Positions 37,436-49,409 of a DNA stretch of 64,000 nt are shown one piece after another. The notes under the pieces were generated by a model. It was not told the origin of the DNA, did not search any database, and saw only the letters and a list, made by a program, of their open reading frames with translations. A program made the position numbers and the translations under genes. How positions within the stretch are numbered: position 1 is the stretch's first letter; each line of letters starts with the position of its first letter. Source of the DNA: Monocercomonoides exilis PA203 (Eukaryota > Protista > Preaxostyla); contig LSRY02000019.1 in the NCBI GenBank assembly GCA_001643675.2, positions 992,001 through 1,056,000 on the forward strand, given 5' to 3'.

Positions 37436-38329
37436 AGAAGCTGAAGCTGATTTTGAAGATAACGTTTGAGAAATGAAAAGAGGCAGCATCTTTTTCCGTA
37501 GGTACAACAACATGTTTTATGAGAACGAATTTTTTTTCACTCTCTTTTCAGTTATAGCCGAGTTTATTGTTCTGTTTTAATGTTTTTTGCGTGTTGTAAT
37601 ATAATATTTGTTCTTGATGTTATTCATATTTCAGATTTCGAAGAATCAATTGATATTTTGTTCGAGCCAACATCAAATTTCAAAATGTTCATATTATCTC
37701 TTATTTTTCTTTTTATTATATTTTAAAACTTTGATTTTCAATTTAAGAAGTATTTTCCAATAGTTTTTAAAAAAATTGAATCATGATAAATCCATTTGTT
37801 ATATTCCTTATTACTTCTTGTATCATTGTTGAAAATTCCATTTCTGATTTTGGGGAAGGAGATAAGTGTAAACAATTAAATATGGATTGATGATCCAAAT
37901 TTTGTAATGTATTTCCCTATTGAAGACAATTTTTCGCATTTAGAGCACAACATATCCTTCTCTTGTATTTTTTTGTTCGATTTTAATGGATTTCAAAAGG
38001 AAAGTGGATTTTGGAAGGCAGAATTTATAGAATCAAATAAATATGAATATTGTGATCCATCCAAAGCATTCTCGGTTTGAAAAACCATGGGGCACTGTGT
38101 AGAATAATATATTCATTGTGCTGTGGGTTTCTCCTAATCTTCATTTCAATTTTACTTCGTCACCCACTATTTATTATTTTCAGTTTTGGTTCTTTAACTT
38201 GGAGTTGTCGTGCTCATAAGGCGGTCAAATATATTCTTTTTCTGGAATCCTTTACACATCGCATGCACAATTTTTTCTATTTGGTTATCGAACCGGAGTA
38301 GAAGGCAGAATGAATGAATAAATTGTATT

Positions 38330-39400
38330 TTAACAGAAAAAACTTATGTAAGAAGAAGGCTTTGCCAAGACTTAACGAAGTTATCAAATTGGTTACAGAA
38401 GCAACAACATCTTGCAATTTACACAAAAAAACAACCAAAATAATATGTGTGGAAGCAGTTGTTCTTTTGCTCTGATCTGCCTCATCAGAGTCAATGGATC
38501 ACCATTAGAATGCAGAACTCAGATCAAAATGGCAGCAGAAATTGCATTTTTCAGAGAAATACAACTTTTGAATGAGCTAGAAATCACAGAAGGTGCGAGC
38601 GAACTTCACAATTATAATTTTTTATTGGAACGGATAAGATGACTTGAAGGATGGCTGTAGTTCAAAGCTGATTCATGACGCGAGAGAATATGCTGCGTTT
38701 TGCGGGAAATATGATAAGCAGTTCAAGGGTGTGCAATCCTGGATTATTTGTGAAACCAGTGCAAGATACAGAAGCATTTCAGCTCCTTCGATCTTGAAGA
38801 GGAAAAAAAAATACTTGAAGAAAGCAGGGGAAAAAACTATCCAATGGGAGGAGTTCCGAAAGAGGGGAAAATAAAATGAAAGACCAGCGGTGATATAAGT
38901 GCTGAAATCATACTGGAATATCTTCTTGTTTGAGTTTGGATTTTTGATTTGAAAGCGTTACTCAGGAACAAAAGCAAATGAAACTTATCATGCCAAGAAT
39001 AGAAATTCTTTTTTTAATCATTTCAATGCTGCCTCGCCTCTTCTTTTAATTCAAAAATGAACAAAAAGGTAAACATCTTGCAAAGGATGTGCCTCATTGG
39101 ACAGCAGCCTTCATTTCAATTTCTAACAATTCGAAAGCAATTGGCCAGAGATTTTGCGATGGCACGACTGAGATCGAGAAGGGGAGGTGCTTTCGGCTGC
39201 TTGTTGGAAGAAAAAGCCAAAATAAAAGAAAGACATATAATGGAAAAGGAAAATCGAAGGAAGTTTTGAGAGGTCAATGAAATTGGGGATTGTGATCATT
39301 TGAAGAAGAAGCTACGCAGTTTCATGGATTGTTGAGTCGAGAGATAAAGGCAAATATGACAGGTATATTGCAGAAAGTTTTTTTTATAAATTGATCTGAA
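38330..39400 (+). pseudogene. Degenerate coding remnant, family uncertain
   Basis: GC-richer than its flanks, with short broken ORFs in alternating frames and no intact motif. Confidence 0.25.
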
Positions 39401-40024
39401 TTGGAAATTGAGCAAAGAGTCCAGCAAGTTGATGAGATGGAGCAGCAAGCAACTCGATGCCCAACATCAAAAAATACTCAAAAGAAAAATAATTCGAAAA
39501 TAATAACAATAATTATAACAGCGATGAAACTTTCAACAAAACACAACAAATGAATCGAGGATATTCCAACAACTGGTGTGCAGCATCTCGGCTGCGACAA
39601 CAGAATTTTCAACGGTTTTTTTCACCTGTTTCAGAATTGACTTTTCTTTGATAATAATTGTGATCGTTTCATTCATATGCATGACTTTCCTTCTTTTTCG
39701 ATTGGAAGTGTTCTGACAGCGCTTCATTTTTAACTATCAACTTCATTTTTCAAAACAAAAGCTGCTGATTTGCACCTGCAGATTGCTGCTGATCATTCAA
39801 ATACCCAATGGAATGCACTGAAAGATGAATGATCTGATGCTACTATATATCTGGCTGTGTTTTGGCGAATTTGTAATTTCAGTCTCTTCAAAGACTTGCT
39901 TTGAAGCATTCTTGGGAATTGTATCATTTTGAATCCTATGAGCGAATAACAGAAAATAAGCATTTCACTGTTAGCAAGGCTCAAGAGCGTTACTGAATCG
40001 AGGAATCATTAGGAGCATGCTTGC

Positions 40025-43000
40025 TTAGCAATTGTGTTGTGTGTTTGCGTGTGTTACTGTTGCTGTTGCATTTGATGAAGCAGTGGCAGATTGGGGAAGG
40101 AAGCTGCCACGATATCCATAATCGGTGTCAGCCTCGAAGTCGACAGCATCAGACATTGTGAGCATGACAGCGCCTGCAGGGAAGTGCTGAATGAAGATCC
40201 TCTTGAGGCTTTCGAGCGATGGTCTGTCTCCAGGTGCACGCGACCAGCATTCCTTTGCCACACTGGCAAAAGACGAACTGCAGGTCCTGTCGATATTTGG
40301 CCTCTCCCCATTCACAATCTTCTGTCCCGCCACCTCTGCCTCATACTCCCCAAACGGGATCTCCAGCGTCAGACACTCCCACAGCATTATCCCGATCGAG
40401 AACACAACTGATTCCTTTGTTGCTCCCATCTTTTTGTTGATTAGCAGTTCTGGCGCCTTCCATCTCATACATTCTTTTCTATTATCATCCTCATCCTCAA
40501 ATGCTGATGATGGCGGTGGCGAGTCTTTCCCATTTCTGTTCACAGTGGAGCAATCAGATGTTGATGTGACAACAGTTGATGAAGAGATGGATGAAGTGTC
40601 TGAGTCTGAGGAGCAATCGGAATGAAGTGCAATGCATATGACCATGTGCTCGGAAAAGAGAACAATGTGAGGGCTGAGATTGGCCAGCGAAGAGAGTTCA
40701 TCTTCTTCGTCTTCAAAGGAGTGAAGTGCAAGATTAGCCACCCAGAACAGGATTTGGGCAGCTGTCATCTCTCTTTCTTGCAGAGAGCCAATCGCCATCT
40801 CTTTCTTCTCATTTCTTCCATGCAGCAGCATGAACAAAGAATCCCTCAGATCAACAATCAACTTTTCATGGGGGGATGAGCAGGCCATTGCATCCACCAG
40901 ATTAGACATCGACGAGGTTGTTGGACACAGATCTTCCCTTCGAACAAAAGTGGATTCAGTGTCTGAAGTGTCTGTTGTTGAAGTGGATGAGATGGAAGGT
41001 GATGGTGTTCTCTTTCTTATCTCTTCCTCTTCTTCTTTCTCATCAACCTTCTCCAGAGCCCATTGAGGGATCTTGTCTGAATCTCTCCCCAGAATGTATT
41101 CTGTTGATCCACTTTCAGAGAGAAGATGCTCTGAAGACTCTGAATGTCCCAAACTTTTCTCATACCCCCTCTTCTTCATTCTTTCTTCATTCTTCTTTTC
41201 TGCCTCTCTCTCTGCTTTCCTCCACTGCTCCTCAGGAGACATCTCCATCGTCACCATCTCAATCAGTTTTGGATCCTTTTTCACTGTTTCTTCCACAATC
41301 ACCTCAAGCTCTTCTGTCCGTCTCTTCTGCTTTCTCCATCGAACAATAAAGGCAACTGCAACGATTAGAACAATCAAAAACAAAACAACAAATATCACTG
41401 CAATTTTCATAGCCCATGATGTTTTCCCTTCTTTTCCTCCTTCAACGATTCTTTCATCTTCTTTTTGCACAATCTCGCTCCTGTTCTTCAAAATAAATTG
41501 TGCTGTAGATGCTGTAGCATTTGGGCTTCCAAATAGGATGCTTACAGCCACTTCTGTGGTGTCAGGCACCGAAGTCACGATTGAGGCTGGGATGACTGCA
41601 TGGATTTCTGTTTCATTTTCAAAGAGTTCTGCTTGCAGCGGATATGTCTTGAGTTGATGGAGGGAGCCTTCGATAAAATCGATCTGGAGGAACAGGTGGC
41701 AGGGGAGGAGTAAAGAGCCGATGAGATCCAGAGAAAGTGCATCGCCTTGGATATGTGAGTTAACTGAGTGCAGCTGTGGGATGAAGAATGGAGAAAACCT
41801 TTCTGAGGCCAAGCCTGCAAGAATGCAATCGTCGCCTGCAATCCACATTGAGGTGTTGGGGAGAAAGCCATCTCCTCCCTTGAGGCTGACGATGTTCAGG
41901 AGTGCGTTGTGTGAACAGATAACGTTGTTTCTGATGGATGGGTATCCAGCAGCGTTTGGATTGTTGCCAGAAAACATCCCAAACTGAATAGAAATGTTTC
42001 CGCCAGAGATCGACAGTCCTCCCTTGGACGAATTGGCAACTGTTGTATCTTTTGTTGCTCCCGAGCAATTGAGAAGATCGATCATGGAGCCATTCCACTT
42101 GCACAAACCTTTGAATGAATCTGCATTGGATCTGAGTTGTTGTGGGTCAGTTTCTCCATCAAATGCACACGAAGTTATGCTTGCATTGGATTGGCCAGAT
42201 AAAGCAGAGATGCTCCCTTTATCTGAGGGAGAGACGCATTTTCTGAATGAGCAGTTCTCCAATTCGAACGATGGTGATGAAAGTGAAGCAGCCAGGCAGC
42301 ATGGGCCCATTGAATCTCTGGATATGTTTTGAAACGATGATTGCCTGATACTTAATGAGGAATTTGCAGATACAAGGTTCACAGCACAACCATTTGTCAG
42401 CACTATTTTTGTCGATGACAGATTGTTCATCTCGACATTTGCATCTTGGCATTCGATGGAAAGCAAGGAGCCAGACAGCACAGATATGGCATCAAATTCG
42501 GAATGATAGCACCGGATGTTCGAGCAAGCACCAGAACCATCTGAGGAAAACGCAATCAAGCTTGCTTTGCTCTCAACATTTCTGACTTGAATTTTTTGGA
42601 GCTGAGAATCTTTGCAGTTGTGAAGGATCAGAGCGGATTGTTCAAGTTCACAACTGGAAATAAGCACCTGCTGCATGGAGAGGTTCGCCAGATTGCGGAA
42701 ATCCAATAACGCACCAGAATTCACATCAGAAATGTTCAAGTTCATAAATGAGCAATATTGTCCCCCTCTTGCTTCCACGCATAAAGAACTGAGATGGAGG
42801 CAAGCAAAAGTGCATTCGTTGATCAGCAGCCTGCCATTCTCCACGAGAATGATGGTGCAGTTCAATTTCATTTCAGGATAATCATTCGAATCATCTTGGG
42901 AGAAGAGTGCATCTGTAATTGACAAGCTGCCATCAGTCAGGGATAATAAGCTGGGGTGTGGAGAAGAAAACGCGCTTCCGAACATGAACTTCAGAAATTC

Positions 43001-46000
43001 GATTTTCACTCTGGATGCACACGTGAGAAGGCTGTTCATCCTGCTCTCAATGCTCCTGTTCAGGAGGATTGTCCCTCTGTCGCTTTCCTGCTCCAGCGAC
43101 TTGATCGAGACATCATGGATGCTTATTTCACCAGAAACCAGAGAAACCTCGTCAACGAGCAAGTTGCTGTAAACAGAAGGAATGATGTGAGACAATGCAA
43201 TATTCAAGGAAGAGCAGGGCGCATTGATAGCTCCACACTGGCGTGAATCTGAGGTGTTGTCTGCTGAAGAAGAGGTAAATATTGTCTCACTCTGATATAC
43301 AATTACGAGGAGCAAGAGATCTTGCTCGTCAGCATAGTTTTGTGCAGTGCATCCCCAAATGGCGAGCTCCTGGTTGTATGGTGGCCTGAAGTCGAGCTGG
43401 AATAGCTCGCTCCTTATTTGGGATTCCACATTGGAGCATCTCACATATATGTCTCTTCCTCTGAAAGCCTTGTTCTCCAAGAATGTGATGTTTTTGAAGA
43501 GGAAAGGCAGCGCGCTATCGCTCGTGATTGATGAGCAATCCAGGAATATTGCGCCTCCCCTTCCAGTCGCAGAGCAGAAGCACTCCGAGATTGTGGATAA
43601 AGAGCAGTGAAAGAATGCTTTTTCATCTAACCTCATGGTTATGCATCCTCCGCTCTCACTTTGGCTGCTTCCACAGTTCTTTATGGATGTGTTTTGGGCA
43701 GACACGCTAAAAGGCTGGCTGCCAGAGGAGCTGATGATGGAGGGTTCAGAAGGGGTACTTTGAAGAAGCGAGTGAAGGGTGCAGCATTTGAGTTGCACTG
43801 TTGGGCAAATGTCTTCGTTGATTTCCTGTGTCATTGCTGGCGGCATCACTTGCGGCAACACTTCCACAATGCTTTTGCCCATGAGTTCAACATTACTCAT
43901 TGAGACATTTGATAAGATAGAACTGCTTCCGCACGATGCAATGAAGATGTGACCTTCGCATTTGATGGACTGAAATGAGCAAAGCGACAATTCGCAAGTA
44001 CCAGAAAAGCAGGCAACGACACAATAAGGAATTGCTGTGCCAGAGGTGCTGGTAAACAAGCAACTTTGAGCAGAGAAAGCGCCAGCAGCAGTGCTTATCA
44101 AATATGTTTGGTTCCATCCTGAGCCATGATCACAACAGACATCGATGCTCAAGAGGGAGCATGTGCCAGTGTTTGTCAGCACAGAGTCAGTATGTTGCTG
44201 CTTTCCTGGTTGCGGCGAAATGGCTGCTGCGAATAACAGAGCAGAGTGAGAGTCAATATCGGAAGAGGTCAGAGTATTGTTTGAAATGTCGACTTCGCAA
44301 TCCACTTGAACTTCATCGACGACGAGGAAAATACTCATGTTTGCTTGTGCTGGATTATCTGAAGCACAGAAATGCTTCTGGCCGTACTGCATTGTTGTGC
44401 ATGGCTCGCTCTCGCTCCCGCAGCGGAGAACATCCCAGCCGCTGTTCTTGCTGAGATGAATTTCTTGAGAAGCAAATCCAATCAGAAATCGGCACAGATC
44501 GAAGTTTGCTTTTGTGGAGTCGCTTCCGATGAACAGATTTGTATCGCTTGCTGTCTCACTCACTTCAAGCGCTAAAGACTGGTTTGTGATGGAAACATTC
44601 AGGTCTGATGAAAGAAAGAACATATTTTTCCCGTGTTTTGCAGAGCACTGATCAAAGGTCATCTGCTGGAAGGAGAACACATTGGAAGCCGAACAGTCAA
44701 AATAGATGCCTCCTCCTTTTCCGTCTGTTTCACATTCAGCGCAACATTTTGTGAATGTTGCGTTTTCCATCTTGAATTGGCCATCAGCATCAGTTACAAC
44801 TTTCATCGCGCCTCCCTCGATACTCTGAGTGCCTTTGACATTCGTGACATTCCAATGGGAGCACTTAACACAGCTTGAAATATGGGATGAAAACAGCACT
44901 GCACTGTTTGCATTTGCACGGACCATCCCTTGGAAAGAACATGAAACAAGAGATATGATCCCGCTGCTCGTTGTGGCACCATTCAGGAGTTTTGCTGCTG
45001 ATGTTGGAATCACATGGAAAAGAGGATGATTACCAATATCTGTGTTTTTCACATTCAATGAAATGATTGTTGCTTGAGTGCTTGTGTTGCTCTCGCACAC
45101 GGCTATGGGCGCGCGCTGAAGGCAGTCTGAACTCAAGGTGCAGCTGTCGATATTTAGTATTCCTCCACAAATCTGAAACAGCCAGTAACCCATCTGGCCG
45201 AGCTCGCCTTGTTGCATCCCGAATGAGCAAGATTTCATCGTCAGCATTCCTCCAGAAGACAAGAATATCAAGGCTTCGATCTCAGTATCAAATGAAGAAG
45301 GAAGCAAAAAGTGGATCAATTCGACGGACACATCCCCTGTTGAAGCCATCACTTTTCTTGTTGAGGCCTGCAGCGACTTGATGCAAGTGATTTCGGCTTT
45401 TGAAGTATTTGATGATTTCAAATCCAAATTGTGCAGTGTCGTTTCGTTTTCAATTGTTGCTGAGGCAAGAACAGCTACTGTCTTTGCGTTTTCTTCATTT
45501 AACCTCCCCACACAGTAATTGAGCGAGTGACACGGATAATCCGAGAATCCACACACCACAGTATCAACACCGTCATTGCTTCTAACATGGATTGTTTGTC
45601 CAACATCCTCCAAAAACAAAACCAACGGAATTGAATGCTTGTGGTCATTCCCAGTGAACCCTTGCAAACTGTCGAAGGAGTTGTGCCCCAGTGCATAGGC
45701 AAATGGAAGTGTTTCGTTTGTGATAGATTCTCTGAGATTTGGTGATTGGACAAACAAGTCGTTTCCGTGTTTCGCTTTGTTAGGCTTTTCCACAGAAAAA
45801 GAAGGAGAGGTGATGGCAAATGCAGCATCTGAATGACCAAGATCCAGAAAGATTCCTCCTCCGTATCCTTCATGTATATCAAAAGGTGCCTTGCATTCTT
45901 CAAAGGAACATGATGAAATGGTTGCAGCGTACGAATCTTGCAGTGAGAGGAACAATGCTCCTCCTCCATTTCCATCTGTAACCACCCTGCAACGCTTAAA

Positions 46001-48325
46001 GATGCAATTGTTTATTGAAGTTGAAAATGTTCCATCTGATCTTTCACTCCATGATGCACTCAAACATCCACCATTTTGCACACATTCGATATCTGAAAAA
46101 GAAGTGTTCGAAATAGTGATGGATTTGCAGTCGGAAGTTGCAAAAGCGCATCCTTGTGAAAACATAAACTGTGATACATTTACGGACTCAATTGTCACAT
46201 ATCCATTTTCAGCATAAATAAGAGGTTGAGTTGAAGGCTGATTCGATTCAGCACTTTTTGTGAAAGAGCATAATTCCAGCTGCAGAGAACCAGATGACTC
46301 GACTGTTATTACTGATCTGTTAAACACACAAACAAAAGAAATCCTTTTTGCATTCAGCGAACCATTGCCGATGGAGATGAGATGATCTGTGAGCGAAATC
46401 TCAAGGGATTTTATTGCTGATTTGCTGCTTTCTATTCCGTTGAGAACAATATTCCTCCAGCCAATTTCAATAATGTCTTCTTCGAATTCTTCACTGGACA
46501 TCAAAACATTCTGTTTCAAATATGAATTCCATCTTGTTACTCCATATTCCACCGTTTGGCATTCCGAACCTGCTCCTCCACAAGTGTTCACATCGCTTCC
46601 AGAATTGCTAATGTGTATTTCTGGCTGAGGAGATGGAAGATATGAGTCATATGCAACACCTTTATCATTACAGGGTCCTGCATATTCAGCACAAAGAACA
46701 ACTTTTCTTGGAGCCATTGAATAAGAAAAACAGGAAATGATGTGTTCTTTAATTGTACGATCATTGTAACAAGATCCAATAAAAATATCTGCTGTATGAG
46801 TTGATTTCTGAACTGTATTGTTTTCAAATAGGCAAAACTGTATTTCAAGACTCTTATTATTGACATTTTCTGAAGCATCAAAGCCACCTGCTCCTATTTG
46901 AGCATCCCCTTTAAATAAATAACAATTTGATATTTCAAAATCATATTTGTGAACTTGAAGAAATATTGTTCCAGCATAATATGTCAATGCTTTGCTATTT
47001 TTGAAGATAGAGTTGTAAATTGATCCACTTCCTCCAGTATACCATGCAACACTTCCTCCATAAGCTGCTGAGCAGTTCTCAAAAGAACAGCCAAGAATCA
47101 AAGAAAATCGATTTGAAATGTGTGCAAATGCACCACCAATTGAACTCAATCCTATTCCTGCACACTTGGAAAATGAAGAGTTTGTAATCTCACAATTGCT
47201 TCCATTGCTGAAAACAGCTCCTCCATATGCAAATATTTCTTGAAACGTATCAATGCATTCTGAAAATACACATTTTTCAACAGTGAGCTTGGCATTTTCG
47301 CTTACCGCAATTGCACCTCCATGAAGAGCGCTGCATTCAGAAAAAGTACAATCTTCAAATGCTATATCACCTTCTGTAAATGATTGCGTTGTATTTGAAT
47401 AATTCTTGTGAGAATAGGTGTTTAGAGAACGAATAAAAGAAGTGTTTGTGGAGGAGAAATCACCATAACCTAGTGAACCTGAAATAATCACTCCATAAAA
47501 CGGACAAATGCAAGCAGTGATGAAGCAGTTTTCAATTTTGCTTTCTTGATTAGAACGCAAGTGTTTTGAGTGCATGTTGTTGTTTTGAGTGGAAATGTTG
47601 TGGAAACAACAATGTGAAGCAGAAGAAAACGAAAAATTGATATCTGCAATGAATGGGTTTCCGAATTGAGATGAAAACGATGAAAACGAGCTGAAAGAAA
47701 TGAGAACTGATCCTGTTGAAGAAATTGAAGAGGAGCTTGTTGAGACAAGAGAAGGCAAAATATCGCTTTGCACTGTGTTTATGATGGAGATATTAATCAA
47801 ATTGACAATTCCATTTGAACACTCAAAAGGAGAGACAGCAAGCGTTGGGAATAATTCAAGAAAGCAATTATGCATTGACAGTTCCGATGCATCTCTTTTA
47901 AGCGACAAGGAAGGGGTGCTTGTTTGGGCAAGAATTATTTCTCTGACAAATAATGAAGAATTCAGCAAGATCATTTCTCCTCTCACACAACTCAACTTCA
48001 TGATTTCATATGTGTTTGATTTCAAACAATCATCTATTCTGAACTGACTAAAACAGCCAATTGTTGGAGTATTTTCTGTTTCAGAAAAATTTTGGATATC
48101 ATTTGTCTCTGATGAAGATAATTGTATTTTGTTTAACAAAAAGTACTCTTCATTTTTGAAACAAGATGAAACACGAGTATTGCATTGCTCATCTTTCAAT
48201 GAATAACTTTTTGTGATAATTTGAGAAAATTTATTTTTATTTGCTTCATTGCAATGAGCAGTTGAAAAGAAACAGTTTAACAAAACAATAATGATAAATA
48301 ATGTTTGCGGAAGTGGTTTATTCAT
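40025..48325 (-). CDS. Giant intronless type-I membrane protein: signal peptide, repeated right-handed beta-helix (pectin-lyase/PMP-like) modules, TM helix, degenerate protein-kinase-like C-terminus
   Basis: Likely start MNKPLPQTLFIIIVLLNCFFSTAHC; GGAI/GGAV/F.NC repeats; four 'G.D...CG....PC' modules; TM 'IAVIFVVLFLIVLIVAVAFIV' followed by RWRKQKRR; kinase C-lobe 'MRWKAPELL...SVVFSIGIMLWECLTLEIPF...GERP...ECWSRAPGDRPS'. Confidence 0.88.
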   Translation of the reverse strand: MNKPLPQTLFIIIVLLNCFFSTAHCNEANKNKFSQIITKSYSLKDEQCNTRVSSCFKNEEYFLLNKIQLSSSETNDIQNFSETENTPTIGCFSQFRIDDCLKSNTYEIMKLSCVRGEMILLNSSLFVREIILAQTSTPSLSLKRDASELSMHNCFLELFPTLAVSPFECSNGIVNLINISIINTVQSDILPSLVSTSSSSISSTGSVLISFSSFSSFSSQFGNPFIADINFSFSSASHCCFHNISTQNNNMHSKHLRSNQESKIENCFITACICPFYGVIISGSLGYGDFSSTNTSFIRSLNTYSHKNYSNTTQSFTEGDIAFEDCTFSECSALHGGAIAVSENAKLTVEKCVFSECIDTFQEIFAYGGAVFSNGSNCEITNSSFSKCAGIGLSSIGGAFAHISNRFSLILGCSFENCSAAYGGSVAWYTGGSGSIYNSIFKNSKALTYYAGTIFLQVHKYDFEISNCYLFKGDAQIGAGGFDASENVNNKSLEIQFCLFENNTVQKSTHTADIFIGSCYNDRTIKEHIISCFSYSMAPRKVVLCAEYAGPCNDKGVAYDSYLPSPQPEIHISNSGSDVNTCGGAGSECQTVEYGVTRWNSYLKQNVLMSSEEFEEDIIEIGWRNIVLNGIESSKSAIKSLEISLTDHLISIGNGSLNAKRISFVCVFNRSVITVESSGSLQLELCSFTKSAESNQPSTQPLIYAENGYVTIESVNVSQFMFSQGCAFATSDCKSITISNTSFSDIECVQNGGCLSASWSERSDGTFSTSINNCIFKRCRVVTDGNGGGALFLSLQDSYAATISSCSFEECKAPFDIHEGYGGGIFLDLGHSDAAFAITSPSFSVEKPNKAKHGNDLFVQSPNLRESITNETLPFAYALGHNSFDSLQGFTGNDHKHSIPLVLFLEDVGQTIHVRSNDGVDTVVCGFSDYPCHSLNYCVGRLNEENAKTVAVLASATIENETTLHNLDLKSSNTSKAEITCIKSLQASTRKVMASTGDVSVELIHFLLPSSFDTEIEALIFLSSGGMLTMKSCSFGMQQGELGQMGYWLFQICGGILNIDSCTLSSDCLQRAPIAVCESNTSTQATIISLNVKNTDIGNHPLFHVIPTSAAKLLNGATTSSGIISLVSCSFQGMVRANANSAVLFSSHISSCVKCSHWNVTNVKGTQSIEGGAMKVVTDADGQFKMENATFTKCCAECETDGKGGGIYFDCSASNVFSFQQMTFDQCSAKHGKNMFFLSSDLNVSITNQSLALEVSETASDTNLFIGSDSTKANFDLCRFLIGFASQEIHLSKNSGWDVLRCGSESEPCTTMQYGQKHFCASDNPAQANMSIFLVVDEVQVDCEVDISNNTLTSSDIDSHSALLFAAAISPQPGKQQHTDSVLTNTGTCSLLSIDVCCDHGSGWNQTYLISTAAGAFSAQSCLFTSTSGTAIPYCVVACFSGTCELSLCSFQSIKCEGHIFIASCGSSSILSNVSMSNVELMGKSIVEVLPQVMPPAMTQEINEDICPTVQLKCCTLHSLLQSTPSEPSIISSSGSQPFSVSAQNTSIKNCGSSQSESGGCITMRLDEKAFFHCSLSTISECFCSATGRGGAIFLDCSSITSDSALPFLFKNITFLENKAFRGRDIYVRCSNVESQIRSELFQLDFRPPYNQELAIWGCTAQNYADEQDLLLLVIVYQSETIFTSSSADNTSDSRQCGAINAPCSSLNIALSHIIPSVYSNLLVDEVSLVSGEISIHDVSIKSLEQESDRGTILLNRSIESRMNSLLTCASRVKIEFLKFMFGSAFSSPHPSLLSLTDGSLSITDALFSQDDSNDYPEMKLNCTIILVENGRLLINECTFACLHLSSLCVEARGGQYCSFMNLNISDVNSGALLDFRNLANLSMQQVLISSCELEQSALILHNCKDSQLQKIQVRNVESKASLIAFSSDGSGACSNIRCYHSEFDAISVLSGSLLSIECQDANVEMNNLSSTKIVLTNGCAVNLVSANSSLSIRQSSFQNISRDSMGPCCLAASLSSPSFELENCSFRKCVSPSDKGSISALSGQSNASITSCAFDGETDPQQLRSNADSFKGLCKWNGSMIDLLNCSGATKDTTVANSSKGGLSISGGNISIQFGMFSGNNPNAAGYPSIRNNVICSHNALLNIVSLKGGDGFLPNTSMWIAGDDCILAGLASERFSPFFIPQLHSVNSHIQGDALSLDLIGSLLLPCHLFLQIDFIEGSLHQLKTYPLQAELFENETEIHAVIPASIVTSVPDTTEVAVSILFGSPNATASTAQFILKNRSEIVQKEDERIVEGGKEGKTSWAMKIAVIFVVLFLIVLIVAVAFIVRWRKQKRRTEELEVIVEETVKKDPKLIEMVTMEMSPEEQWRKAEREAEKKNEERMKKRGYEKSLGHSESSEHLLSESGSTEYILGRDSDKIPQWALEKVDEKEEEEEIRKRTPSPSISSTSTTDTSDTESTFVRREDLCPTTSSMSNLVDAMACSSPHEKLIVDLRDSLFMLLHGRNEKKEMAIGSLQEREMTAAQILFWVANLALHSFEDEEDELSSLANLSPHIVLFSEHMVICIALHSDCSSDSDTSSISSSTVVTSTSDCSTVNRNGKDSPPPSSAFEDEDDNRKECMRWKAPELLINKKMGATKESVVFSIGIMLWECLTLEIPFGEYEAEVAGQKIVNGERPNIDRTCSSSFASVAKECWSRAPGDRPSLESLKRIFIQHFPAGAVMLTMSDAVDFEADTDYGYRGSFLPQSATASSNATATVTHANTQHNC

Positions 48326-48719
48326 TGTGCATAATATACTAAGGAGGATATGTGAACTGTTTTGAAACAAATGTGCTGCTAATGGGGTTTTGATCTAAAT
48401 ATCATTAAAAAAACAAAATGGAAGACAACTGCACAAAACAAAATGTGTTCAGATTTCTGTAAATATCATCTTAAAGAATTTCTGAATCGTTGTGAAAAAA
48501 AGAACCTGTTTAATATTGATTTTCATTTACAGAAAGAATCTAATTCTCTGAATATCATTTTTTCTCCTTTCTCAGTTTTATTGGAAATGAAAAGCCTTTT
48601 GAAAAATAAATTAAAAAGATTTTTGAATCGTGAATTTATGAATAAATGAAAAAGAAGGAGAAGAAGAAGTGTTTTGCATCCCGAAAAATATAAGTTAAAA
48701 AGTCAAGAAAAATTTGATT

Positions 48720-49089
48720 AGAAAAAAAAAAGAAAGAAAAAGAAAAAGAAAAAGAAAAAGAAAAAGAAAAAGAAATAAGAAAAAAAAAAGAAAAGAAAAA
48801 GAAAAAAGAAAAAGAAAAAAGAAAAAGAAAAAGAAAAAGAAAAAAGAAAAAGAAAAAGAAAAAGAAAAAGAAAAAGAAAAAGAAAAAGAAAAAAGAAAAA
48901 GAAAAAGAAAAAAAAAAAGAAAAAAAAAAAGAAAAGAAAAAGAAAAAGAAAAAAAAAAAAGAAAAAAAAAGAAAGAAAAAGAAAAAGAAAAAGAAAAAGA
49001 AAAAGAAAAAGAAAAAGAAAAAGAAAAAGAAAAAGAAAAAGAAAAAGAAAAAGAAAAAGAAAAAGAAAAAGAAAAAAGAAAAAGAAAAG
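48720..49089. repeat. (GAAAAA)n hexanucleotide microsatellite
   Basis: Directly visible. It explains the KE and FL ORFs. Confidence 0.97.
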
Positions 49090-49409
49090 CATAGAATAGA
49101 AAAGAATGGAAAAGAAAAACGTTAGAATTTCAAAACCTTTTAGATGGATCGTTGAGCATGTTTGAATACAATAATTTTATTTTTAATTTATTTTGAACAT
49201 TGAAATGAATTTGTTGCGTCTGATTGTGGAAATAATTCAATAATAATCAAAAAATGATCAAGATTCTAAATCTGAGGTGATTTTTCTCAGACGATCGAAA
49301 ATTTCCACAAACAGATTAAAGAAAGGAAGAATTTACGAGTTATTTAAATTAAACATTTCTTGGTTATTCACAAAGAAAAAGTTCACTTCACAACGCTGTT
49401 GTTTTTCTT

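Noticed and set aside
48714-49094. KE-rich and FL-rich ORFs
   Set aside because: They are translations of (GAAAAA)n.
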